Positions 1 through 9,174 of a stretch of DNA of 64,000 nucleotides are shown here, piece after piece (within the stretch, counting starts at the first letter, position 1; every line of letters begins with the position of its first letter). Origin of the DNA: a virus (Duplodnaviria > Caudoviricetes); IMG/VR virus record IMGVR_UViG_3300032246_000977, positions 5,840 through 69,839 of that record. The stretch is one strand, 5' to 3'. The position numbers and the translations under genes are program-made. The notes under the pieces were generated by a model that saw nothing but the letters and a program-made list of their open reading frames with translations, searched no databases and was not told the DNA's origin.

Positions 1-2
1 GT

Positions 3-1982
3 GCATTTGTTGAAAAATTTTATCCCATTACCATAAGTGATATTAAATTCAAAGTGGCCAACAAAGTTGTAGAATATGAAGTAACCGGCACTGCCGTCAG
101 CACACAAGTTGCAGCTGGTGCAGTACGTGGTAGTATTCCATACAATGTTGAGCTAGGCGGAATGACCGTAAAAGAAGCCCTCAACGGCCCGGCACAAATA
201 GTAGATGGAAAAACTGGAAAACCAGTCAACGACACCAATGCCGCAGATCAAGTCACAGGGTCGCGTACAGTTGCTGGTGCAACTGCTGTGCCTACCACTA
301 ATGAACGAGAAAGCACCACAACATCTGAGGCACCGGGAGCCGAAGGCAGTGCCGAAGCTAATGCACCAGCTGCACCACCCAAGGCCAGTTCAGCTCCCTC
401 ACCAAAACCTACAATACGTCAAGGATTGTTTTCGGCACTCAATCAATTTCAACAAGAGTTGGTTAAAAAAGGAATTTATACCTACGCAGATACCTACAGC
501 GTAGAATTTGCTAACCCTAGTCTAGAACAAGCAACAATACAAGTCAAGAATCCAGAAAAGAATCAAACTGGGTCGTCCAAGCCTGCTACAGCGGCCGACG
601 CAAAAGACCCAGCAAAGAATCGTGTAGACAATAAAACTAGAAATCTCAGTGTAGTAGCCGGAACACAAATTGTACAGTTCATAACCAAGATTCTACAAAA
701 CAGCAGTTATGTTACTGATCAGGCCATTGTCAAAGCCAGTGAACAACCCAGCGGCAAATTGGAATCCAATGGTAAACCTGGCAACAATGTGGCCAGTTTC
801 AAAATCAACATGATAGCCACGCCCAAGAAATATGATCCTAAACGCAATGACTATGCCTACGACATCAAGTATGTGGTCAGCCCTTACAAGCTCAGTAACT
901 TGATCTCCAACTACTATCAAATACCCAAATTCAATGGAGTACACAAAGAATACAACTATTGGTTCACCGGAGAAAACACACAGGTTCTTAGCTATGAACA
1001 AAGTTACAATGCTTTGTATCATGCAGTGATGTCTGGCAATCCTGGACAACTGGGTGGAACAATAATTCAAGATGCTATTAAAACCAATTTCCAACCCAAC
1101 AGTAACGAAAGCAATCAAGGTGCCAAAAATAATGTCAACGAAATTGGTGCTAACTTTACAGATGCGTTGTTTAATCCAGGTGATTTAGCCAGTGCTACAT
1201 TGCAAATCATAGGCGATCCAGCCTGGCTTCAGCAAGGAGATGTAAATCCGGTATTTGCCAAAACGTTTAATCCTAATCCGTTTATGGCCGACGGCACCAT
1301 TAACTTTGACAGTCAACAAATTTTGTTTGAAATTTTAATTAATACTCCTAGTGACTACAATCTTGCTACAGGTATTATTGATCCAAATGTACGAAATACC
1401 GTGTTTCAAAGTAATAACAAACCTGGTGCTACCAGACAAAGTTATGTGTATCAAGCCACCGAATGCCTAAGTGAATTTGCACGAGGCAAGTTTACCCAAA
1501 CACTCAAAGGTGTATTGTTAACTTACTTGCCAGATCAGACCTTTAAGGATCGTCAAGCGTCGGGTCGCCCTGCTGTTGGTGCTAAGAAAAATGCGGCCCT
1601 AGGAAGTAGACCTACTGCCACAGGCGGAGTAAATAATGCCGCTGGAAGAATTGGCAATGGCACATTACCAGGCACTGCTGGCACTGGATCTAATGCAGGA
1701 ACTAGAGATACTACTAACCCGGCTGCTACTGAAAATACACCAGGAGAATGGACAGAAGTTGACGGAGTGATGGTCAGTACTGAAGATGAATGGATTGACA
1801 ACGGCGACGGAACATTTACACTAGCCGAAGACGCCAACAATCAACTTGATATTCCAGAAATAGATCCAGGACCCGAAGATCCTACATCAGATGGCGACAT
1901 TGAGCCAATTGATGCTGCTGGCGGAGATGCAGAAAATGACGGTATAATTGAAGATGGACAAATAATGGCGAGAGAGGCATAA
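3..1982 (+). CDS. Baseplate hub-like protein (T4 gp27 / late-control-D-like), 5'-partial
   Basis: The frame is open from position 3, so the gene starts upstream of the window. The C-terminal half has IIGDPAWL...YQATECLSEFARGKFTQTL, typical of contractile-tail hub proteins. It lies directly before the gp5-like spike gene and has an acidic low-complexity tail. Confidence 0.55.
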   Translation, partial: AFVEKFYPITISDIKFKVANKVVEYEVTGTAVSTQVAAGAVRGSIPYNVELGGMTVKEALNGPAQIVDGKTGKPVNDTNAADQVTGSRTVAGATAVPTTNERESTTTSEAPGAEGSAEANAPAAPPKASSAPSPKPTIRQGLFSALNQFQQELVKKGIYTYADTYSVEFANPSLEQATIQVKNPEKNQTGSSKPATAADAKDPAKNRVDNKTRNLSVVAGTQIVQFITKILQNSSYVTDQAIVKASEQPSGKLESNGKPGNNVASFKINMIATPKKYDPKRNDYAYDIKYVVSPYKLSNLISNYYQIPKFNGVHKEYNYWFTGENTQVLSYEQSYNALYHAVMSGNPGQLGGTIIQDAIKTNFQPNSNESNQGAKNNVNEIGANFTDALFNPGDLASATLQIIGDPAWLQQGDVNPVFAKTFNPNPFMADGTINFDSQQILFEILINTPSDYNLATGIIDPNVRNTVFQSNNKPGATRQSYVYQATECLSEFARGKFTQTLKGVLLTYLPDQTFKDRQASGRPAVGAKKNAALGSRPTATGGVNNAAGRIGNGTLPGTAGTGSNAGTRDTTNPAATENTPGEWTEVDGVMVSTEDEWIDNGDGTFTLAEDANNQLDIPEIDPGPEDPTSDGDIEPIDAAGGDAENDGIIEDGQIMAREA

Positions 1983-3514
1983 TGGCAGAGAATACACAAC
2001 GCAGTCGAGGACGCCCCCAGGGATACAAACTTGATCGTGGGGGCATGCCCACAGAAATGGGTCCGTTTGTTGGCGTAGTAGTCAACAATGTGGATCAGAC
2101 ACGTGGCGGACGTTTACAAGTGGTGGTTGCAGAATTTTCCGATACCAACAAAGATGGCACTCAAAATCTAACAGATCAATCCCTGTGGCGAACAGTAAGT
2201 TATTGTCCGCCATTCTACGGAGCCACACCCAAGGGTGGCAGTGCCGGCACAGGTACATACCTATCAGGTAACCAACAAAGTTATGGCATGTGGTTTACAC
2301 CACCCGACATAGGTACACGAGTTTTGTGCTTTTTTGTCAACGGCGATCCCAATCAAGGTTACTATATTGGTTGTATACCTGAACCGGGAATCAATCATAT
2401 GATTCCAGCTATTGGTGCTGTGCCCAAGGCTCGTGCCGAAGTACAAAATAAAAATCAAGGAACTTATACTGCAAATGCTCCACTACTGCCAGTAACTGAA
2501 ATCAACAATTCTGTTAAAAATCCCAAGACCAACGAAAGTCCCAGATTCTTTGACGAGAAAAAACCTGTACATTCATTTGTGGCAGCTGCATTGTTCCAGC
2601 AAGGCTTATTGGCTGATCCAGTGCGAGGCAGTATTGGTAGTACCAGTCAACGCGAAAGCCCTAGCAACTGTTATGGAATCAGCACACCGGGTCGTGCAGT
2701 TTATCAAGGTGGACTTGGCGGCACCGGCGACGACAAAGCATTAGATACTTTAAACAAACAAACATTGGCCGGCCTCAAAGTAATTGGCCGTAGAGGCGGA
2801 CACACCCTGGTCATGGACGATGGTGATCTTGAAGGCAATGACAATTTGATTCGTATTAGAACTGCCAAAGGACATCAAATAACCATGAGCGACGATGGCA
2901 ATTGTTTTTACATTTGTCACGCTAACGGACAAACCTGGGTTGAGTTAGGACAAGAAGGCACACTAGATGTGTTTAGTACCAACTCAATTAACTTAAGAAC
3001 ACAAGGTACAGTAAACATACATGCTGACGAAGATATCAACATGTATGCCGGTAAAACAATTAATATTAAAAGCAAGACCAGCACATCTATACAAAGTGAC
3101 GGTGGCCTGGATGTGGCCTGCAAAAAAGAGCTAACTTTATTTTCCAGCAGTAAACTAGGCATTAAAAGCAAAGGAGCCTTGGCGTTAAAAGGCACAACAG
3201 GAACCTTTGATGGTGGCAGCACGCTAAGTCTCAAAGGCGGTGTGTTAAATCTCAATGGTGGTGCTGCTGGGGACATAACAACACCCAAGGGTATTACCAA
3301 AACCAAAATGCCATCTACCACATTTAATAACAGCACCGGATGGACCGTAAGTGCCACTGGCCTAGAAAGTATTGTAACTCGTGCACCAACGCACGAACCG
3401 TATCCTTACCATAATCAAGGTGTAGCAGCCAGTGTAAGTTTACAAAAAGGTCAAACTACAGCCAGCCCTGATTCGCCCACTGTGCCAGATGATTGGAGTA
3501 TAACCAAAGAATGA
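1982..3514 (+). CDS. Baseplate central spike, gp5/VgrG-like (N-terminal OB fold plus beta-helix)
   Basis: GVVVNNVDQTRGGRLQV and PPDIGTRVLCFFVNGDPNQGYYIG are gp5/VgrG OB-fold signatures. GHTLVMDD and IRIRTAKGHQITMSD precede beta-helix-like repeats. The His-rich tip motif APTHEPYPYH is near the C-terminus. Confidence 0.8.
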   Translation: MAENTQRSRGRPQGYKLDRGGMPTEMGPFVGVVVNNVDQTRGGRLQVVVAEFSDTNKDGTQNLTDQSLWRTVSYCPPFYGATPKGGSAGTGTYLSGNQQSYGMWFTPPDIGTRVLCFFVNGDPNQGYYIGCIPEPGINHMIPAIGAVPKARAEVQNKNQGTYTANAPLLPVTEINNSVKNPKTNESPRFFDEKKPVHSFVAAALFQQGLLADPVRGSIGSTSQRESPSNCYGISTPGRAVYQGGLGGTGDDKALDTLNKQTLAGLKVIGRRGGHTLVMDDGDLEGNDNLIRIRTAKGHQITMSDDGNCFYICHANGQTWVELGQEGTLDVFSTNSINLRTQGTVNIHADEDINMYAGKTINIKSKTSTSIQSDGGLDVACKKELTLFSSSKLGIKSKGALALKGTTGTFDGGSTLSLKGGVLNLNGGAAGDITTPKGITKTKMPSTTFNNSTGWTVSATGLESIVTRAPTHEPYPYHNQGVAASVSLQKGQTTASPDSPTVPDDWSITKE

Positions 3515-5280
3515 GTATTTTTAACTATACTCTCCCGTCAGGTACTAAATTTAGAGTCGTTGGACCGACTGGTGCCACACAGGCTCAGGCTGATAGAATA
3601 TTCTATGAACAAGTTGCTTCAGGAAGTTTAGTTGGCTACGAATCAGGACAAACGCTGACTAGTGCTGCTAGTAAAGCTGTAAAATTTGAACTCAGTCGTC
3701 TTGAACGTGGCACAGCTGGTGTAGAAAGTTCTACAGCCCTTGCTGTGGTGTTAGGATTGCCCACAGTCACTGGCATTCCAGATCTTGTTAATACACCATT
3801 AACAAACCCAATCAACCAAGCTGACATAGTGTTGGCCAAAGGCGGCGACCTAGTACCTGATCCAATTGGCCCACTTAGTGGTGACGATGTACAAAAACTA
3901 CTGGCACAAATTACTAACATTGTAGATCAGGCAGCAGATGAAATAACCTTAGAAAAAGGCATTGGCAAATACGGACTCACTGCCTATCAACTTGAACAAG
4001 CCGGATATGTCAAACCTGGAACCAGTGCCAAATATTTAAGCGATAATCCAAACAGTTTTGTAGACACAATGAACACTCCTAGTGTATGGACTGGACTTGG
4101 TGGAGTGACCTCACTAGATAATATTCTTGCTGACGAAGCTTTGCAAAATAATATACAAACCGATCTCATGAAAAGTGGATTTGAATCCTTACAGGCCGCA
4201 GGAGTCATTCGTACAGTTCCGTCTGCTCAAACAACCACAAGCCAAGGTACAATATACACAAACAACGGATTACAAACTTTTTCATCCCTGGCACAGTTGG
4301 GCGGAAGCCTAGCACTTTCGTTGTTGTCAAGGCCTGGATCTTTTCAGTTACCTAATTTAAGTACCATTGCCTCGGGAGTTACAAACAGCCTGACCTCTGG
4401 GTTAGGCAACCTGGGCGGACTGGCCAACTTGAATGTTGCTGGCATTGGCACCAGTATTACAGGTATAACAAATCAAGTAACTGGTCAAATTGGTGCCTTG
4501 GTTGCCAACGCCAGCAAGTTTGGCAGCGACGCCACTGCCTTATGGGCCGGTGCCGGTGGACTTGGCAGTGTTTCTGCACTTACTGGTAGCTTGAACAACA
4601 TCGTTGGCGGAAGTTTAACTAATCTGGCTGGAGGAGTTACTGGTAGTTTGCAAAGTTTAACTGGAGGATTTGGTAGTAATCTAAACGGAATCACTAATAA
4701 CCTAACAAATCTAGTCCCTGGATCGCTGGGAAATCTAAATGGGTCAATGGACATACTTGGCAAGGCCAGTCAATTTGCTACAAATTTTAACAATCCACTT
4801 GCTAGTCTTAATAGCCTTCCTAGCATTGGCGACCTACAAGGACAACTTAGTGGCCAACTTTCAAATCTGCAAGGACAACTTAGTGGCCAACTTTCAAACT
4901 TAGAAGGACAACTTAGTGGGCTAGCAGACAATCTTAGCAGTAGCTTTGCTAGTTTAGCTGACAACCTTGGCAATTTTGACCTAGGTAGTTTTGACCTGAG
5001 CAGTTTTGGAGACCTTGCTGGCGGGTTTGGTGACTTTGGCGGATTCGGCGGTGGTGGTGGTGATTTAGTTTCTGGAACACAAGTGGCTGCTGGATTTAAT
5101 AACACTGTAAATCGTAAAACAGTTGACGCAGCTACCAAACGATTTATTGGCAGTGCCAAGATTCCGTTGCCTGTGTATGAATACCCCAGTTTGCCTAGTG
5201 TGGCTGAACGATTAGACATACAACAAGCAGAGACTGCACTACAATCCTCTAATGACAGTGGCTATTCTACCGCGGTTTAA
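3511..5280 (+). CDS. Baseplate-associated protein with a possible lysozyme-like domain and a G/S/L/N-rich low-complexity region
   Basis: ATG at 3511 overlaps the upstream TGA (ATGA). GIGKYGLTAYQLEQAGYVKPG...WTG resembles phage muramidase-like segments. The gene lies between gp5 and gp25. Confidence 0.45.
   Translation: MSIFNYTLPSGTKFRVVGPTGATQAQADRIFYEQVASGSLVGYESGQTLTSAASKAVKFELSRLERGTAGVESSTALAVVLGLPTVTGIPDLVNTPLTNPINQADIVLAKGGDLVPDPIGPLSGDDVQKLLAQITNIVDQAADEITLEKGIGKYGLTAYQLEQAGYVKPGTSAKYLSDNPNSFVDTMNTPSVWTGLGGVTSLDNILADEALQNNIQTDLMKSGFESLQAAGVIRTVPSAQTTTSQGTIYTNNGLQTFSSLAQLGGSLALSLLSRPGSFQLPNLSTIASGVTNSLTSGLGNLGGLANLNVAGIGTSITGITNQVTGQIGALVANASKFGSDATALWAGAGGLGSVSALTGSLNNIVGGSLTNLAGGVTGSLQSLTGGFGSNLNGITNNLTNLVPGSLGNLNGSMDILGKASQFATNFNNPLASLNSLPSIGDLQGQLSGQLSNLQGQLSGQLSNLEGQLSGLADNLSSSFASLADNLGNFDLGSFDLSSFGDLAGGFGDFGGFGGGGGDLVSGTQVAAGFNNTVNRKTVDAATKRFIGSAKIPLPVYEYPSLPSVAERLDIQQAETALQSSNDSGYSTAV
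4837..4919 (+). repeat. 33-bp in-frame tandem repeat (about 2.5 copies) encoding QGQLSGQLSNL
   Basis: CAAGGACAACTTAGTGGCCAACTTTCAAA occurs at 4837 and 4870, with a partial third copy at 4903. Confidence 0.9.
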
Positions 5281-5287
5281 TAAAGAG

Positions 5288-5293
5288 TAAATA
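5288..5293 (+). promoter_or_regulatory. T4-late-like promoter motif (TAAATA)
   Basis: TAAATA lies 5 nt before the gp25 ATG. The same motif recurs before other structural genes. Confidence 0.55.
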
Positions 5294-5298
5294 CAGTC

Positions 5299-5673
5299 AT
5301 GCCAACATTTATCGGATTTAATACAATTGATCAATATAAAAAATTCACAGTTGTAGACTTTGAATTAATCAAACGTGATCTACTCAATGCTCTTAACATA
5401 CGACAAGGGCAACTGGTAGGTAGACCTGCTTATGGCACAGTGATCTGGGATTATGTGTTTGAGAATCAAACACAAGAAACTGAACGTCAAATCACCGCGG
5501 AAATACAACGTGTGTGTGGCGGCGATCCCAGACTATATCTTGCCGGAGTACAACTATTTCCACAGCAAAATGGCATGCTAATTCAAGTAGAAATACAGGC
5601 CGTTCCTAGTAGCGATGCCGAGCGTTTGAGTATCTTTTTTGATCAACAACAACGCCAGGCCAGCTATGTTTAA
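5299..5673 (+). CDS. Baseplate wedge protein, gp25/GPW-like
   Basis: ELIKRDLLNALNIRQGQLVGRPAYGTVIWDYVFE...DPR is the gp25 signature. The size (124 aa) and position before gp6 also fit. Confidence 0.88.
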   Translation: MPTFIGFNTIDQYKKFTVVDFELIKRDLLNALNIRQGQLVGRPAYGTVIWDYVFENQTQETERQITAEIQRVCGGDPRLYLAGVQLFPQQNGMLIQVEIQAVPSSDAERLSIFFDQQQRQASYV

Positions 5674-5693
5674 CTACCCAGTTTATTAATCCC

Positions 5694-5700
5694 ATAAATA
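5694..5700 (+). promoter_or_regulatory. T4-late-like promoter motif (ATAAATA)
   Basis: Intergenic ATAAATA upstream of the gp6-like gene, followed by an AGGA RBS. Confidence 0.55.
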
Positions 5701-5718
5701 CAAAAACACAGGATTATC

Positions 5719-8700
5719 ATGGCCAAGACTACTAGACAAACTGCGATATTTGGAGTTGAAGATTGGAAACGAATCTATCAAACCTATCGCGAAGCTGACT
5801 TTCAAAGTTACGATTTTGAAACCTTACGCAAAAGTTTTGTAGACTACTTACGCCTGTATTATCCAGAAACATTTAATGACTATATTGAAAGTTCAGAATT
5901 TATTGCCTTGCTTGATGTCATGGCATTCATGGGTCAAGCCTTGGCCTTCCGTACAGATTTAAACACACGTGAAAACTACCTAGACACAGCTGAACGTAGA
6001 GACAGTGTTGTACGCTTGGCCAACTTGGTCAGCTACACTCCCAAACGCAACACCGAATCACACGGTTATCTCAAAGTATTTTCTGTAGTGACCACAGAAA
6101 ACGTAGTTGACTACAACGGCATTAACCTGGCCAACGTTACAGTAAACTGGGCAGACCCTAGCAACTTTGACTGGCAAGAACAGTTTACCGCCATTGTCAA
6201 TGCCAGCTTAGTAGACACTCAACGTGTGGGTCGTCCTGGTGCAAGAAATACTATTTTAGGTGTACGCACTGACGAATACACTATTAATTTGATTCCTGGA
6301 TTCCTGCCAGTGATACCTTACACCGCAACCATTGATGGTGTAAACATGCCGTTTGAAGCAGTCAACGCCACTGCCACTGGAAAAGAATTTATTTACGAAC
6401 CTAGTCCAAGGCCCAACGGACAATTTAATGTGTTGTTCCGCAATGACGAATTGGGCTTTTCATCAGCCAACACTGGTTATTTCTTCTTGTTCAAGCAAGG
6501 CGTACTACAGAATCAAGATTTTAACTTGCCAGAGCGTGTGGCCAATCGTACAGTTAACATCAACATTGAAGGTGTCAACAATACCGACCGTTGGGTCTAT
6601 CAGTTAGACAACGTAGGCAACATTGCCAAAGAATGGACCTTTGTTGAAAGCGTTTATGGTGCTGCCATTGAACAGCTGGCACCCGATACAAGAACAATAT
6701 TTTCTGTATCCAGTCGTGTCAATGATCAAATCACACTAAACTTTGGCGACGGTGTTTTTTCAACTATTCCAGTGGGAATCTTCCGTTGTTATGTTCGTGC
6801 GTCAAATGGATTGCAGTACATTATCAATCCAGAAGAAATGCAAAGTGTACAGATTCCTATCAGTTATGTAAGTCGTACCGGACAGATTGAAACTATTACC
6901 TTTACCTGCGGTATCACAGAACCTGTTAGCAACGCCCAGGCACGTGAAACAATTGATGAGATCAAACAACGTGCTCCGGCTCGTTACTACACACAGAATC
7001 GTATGGTCAACGGCGAAGACTACAATAACTTTCCCTTTACCGCCTACAACTCCATATTAAAAAGCAAAGCACTAAATCGTGCGTCAATTGGCACAAGTCG
7101 TTATCTTGATCTGGTTGACGGCACAGGCAAATATTCCAGTACCAATTCATTTTTCAGCGACGGTGCACTGTATCAAGCAGTGAATACACCAGCGTTTCAG
7201 TTTACATATTTGACTACTAATGACGTGACTGATGTGATTATTAATCGACTAACACCATTGTTGATTGAAGCCGGAGCCCAACAATTTTATTATAATTATT
7301 ACACTCGCCCAAGTCTCTTGGTGCTTAACAACACTTGGAATCAAAGCACTACACTGGCCAACGAAACAACTGGATACTTTGAAAACAGTCTAGGCAATCC
7401 TGTGAGCATTGGCACCTATGCCAGCAACAATATGAAATATGTTCTGGTTGGTTCTCTAGTTAAATTTGTTCCGCCAGCTGGATACTTCTTTGACGAAAAC
7501 AACAATCTCAAAGCAGGAACTCCTACTCGTGCCGATGAAAAAACAGTTATCTGGGCCAGCCCAACGGCAGTATACCTTGACGGAACGGCCCAAGGACTTG
7601 GTAATTTGCCTAATGGTCAAGGACCAGTAGTTCTTAATAACTATGTGCCAACTGGTGCAATTGCTGCACAGGTTATTCCGTTGTTTATCACAGATTTCTC
7701 AACAACCCTAAGACAAAGTATACTTGATCAAATTTTGTTAAATCAAAACTTTGGACTAGGCTATGACAGCACAGGTACAGTCACAGGAACACCATACACT
7801 TGGTATGTAATCACTGCTAGCAATCTTGCTGTAGATGCACAGTGGAGCACCACCAATGCTGGCAGTACCTCGGGTACAAATGCTGATGCCAGTTGGTTTA
7901 TACAAGCCACAACTGATGGTCAAAAATACACCATAGTTTCTCGTAGCTTAGACTACTATTATGGTAGTGTATTACAAAACAGATTCTTCTACTTTGGCAG
8001 TCAAAAAATTTACGACAGCCGCAACGGCACAGTGATCAGCGATTTTGTCAATGTGCTAAAAACCAACAGCAAACCAGATAACAATACACCACTTGAAGGT
8101 GATACTCGATTAAAAATTATTGGCCAGCCAGTGCAAAGTGATGGCTATGTTGATGATTTTCAAGTCCTAGTCGGGTTTGAAGACATGGATAGTGATGGTG
8201 TTCCTGACGATCCTGACTTCTTTAATACAATTGTAGCACCTGCAATCAATCCAAATTTAAAATTGGTATTCCTGCAACAAACTGTGGACTTTGACAATCT
8301 CCAGAGATATCTATTAGTTGAAAATGGCGTGGTTAATAGTTCATATGCTACCTTGAATGACATTGAACTGGTTAAAGATGAATATTTGGTTGGTCAAGTG
8401 TTCTACGCTTATAATCCTACCAATGCTACCACAAACATTGATTACAGTGCTGGATTATTTTATACCATGGTGCTCAACTCGTCAGGTGTTAAAGTATTAG
8501 AACTCAACAATCAATTCATAGCCCGTGTTGGCCGCCAAGACTTATACACACAATATCGTCATAATAGTCCATTGACCAGTCGTCTTGATCCAGGCAGTAC
8601 AAATATCATTGACTTGTATGTTGTAACTTTGGCCTACTACACAGCCTATCAAAACTGGATCAAAGACTCCACAGGCACTGTGGTAGAACCAACACCACCA

Positions 8701-9174
8701 ACCATTGATCAGCTTACCACAGAGTATGCAGGCCTACAAGATTATAAAATGATTAGTGACAACGTGATTGTCAACAGCGTACAGTTCTTGCCACTGTTTG
8801 GTGCCAAGGCACCGGAAGAATTACGTGCCACAATTAAAGTTATCAAATCTGCACAGAGCACAGCCAGTGTCAGTGAAATTAAAAATTTAGTAGTGGCCAA
8901 CATGGATGCCTACTTTAGTATTGACAAGTGGGACTTTGGCGACACATTTTATTTCAGTGAATTGGCCGCATACATACATGCACAGATTGGCGACGTGGTA
9001 AGTAGTGTAGTGTTAGTTCCATTGAATCCAGAAAAATACTTTGGCGACCTGTATGAAATACGCAGTGCTCCTAATCAAATTTTTGTCAATGCCGCTACAG
9101 TTAATAACATTGAGGTAATTCAAGCATTGACTTCAACTAATATTAGAACTGCTCCAGGTAGTGGAGTAATTTAA
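5719..9174 (+). CDS. Baseplate wedge protein, T4 gp6-like
   Basis: Motifs YDFETLRKS, ENYLDTAERRDSVVRLANLVSYTPKR, LNFGDGVF and ETIDEIKQRAPARYYTQNRMVNGEDY are characteristic of gp6/baseplate-J. Confidence 0.88.
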   Translation: MAKTTRQTAIFGVEDWKRIYQTYREADFQSYDFETLRKSFVDYLRLYYPETFNDYIESSEFIALLDVMAFMGQALAFRTDLNTRENYLDTAERRDSVVRLANLVSYTPKRNTESHGYLKVFSVVTTENVVDYNGINLANVTVNWADPSNFDWQEQFTAIVNASLVDTQRVGRPGARNTILGVRTDEYTINLIPGFLPVIPYTATIDGVNMPFEAVNATATGKEFIYEPSPRPNGQFNVLFRNDELGFSSANTGYFFLFKQGVLQNQDFNLPERVANRTVNINIEGVNNTDRWVYQLDNVGNIAKEWTFVESVYGAAIEQLAPDTRTIFSVSSRVNDQITLNFGDGVFSTIPVGIFRCYVRASNGLQYIINPEEMQSVQIPISYVSRTGQIETITFTCGITEPVSNAQARETIDEIKQRAPARYYTQNRMVNGEDYNNFPFTAYNSILKSKALNRASIGTSRYLDLVDGTGKYSSTNSFFSDGALYQAVNTPAFQFTYLTTNDVTDVIINRLTPLLIEAGAQQFYYNYYTRPSLLVLNNTWNQSTTLANETTGYFENSLGNPVSIGTYASNNMKYVLVGSLVKFVPPAGYFFDENNNLKAGTPTRADEKTVIWASPTAVYLDGTAQGLGNLPNGQGPVVLNNYVPTGAIAAQVIPLFITDFSTTLRQSILDQILLNQNFGLGYDSTGTVTGTPYTWYVITASNLAVDAQWSTTNAGSTSGTNADASWFIQATTDGQKYTIVSRSLDYYYGSVLQNRFFYFGSQKIYDSRNGTVISDFVNVLKTNSKPDNNTPLEGDTRLKIIGQPVQSDGYVDDFQVLVGFEDMDSDGVPDDPDFFNTIVAPAINPNLKLVFLQQTVDFDNLQRYLLVENGVVNSSYATLNDIELVKDEYLVGQVFYAYNPTNATTNIDYSAGLFYTMVLNSSGVKVLELNNQFIARVGRQDLYTQYRHNSPLTSRLDPGSTNIIDLYVVTLAYYTAYQNWIKDSTGTVVEPTPPTIDQLTTEYAGLQDYKMISDNVIVNSVQFLPLFGAKAPEELRATIKVIKSAQSTASVSEIKNLVVANMDAYFSIDKWDFGDTFYFSELAAYIHAQIGDVVSSVVLVPLNPEKYFGDLYEIRSAPNQIFVNAATVNNIEVIQALTSTNIRTAPGSGVI

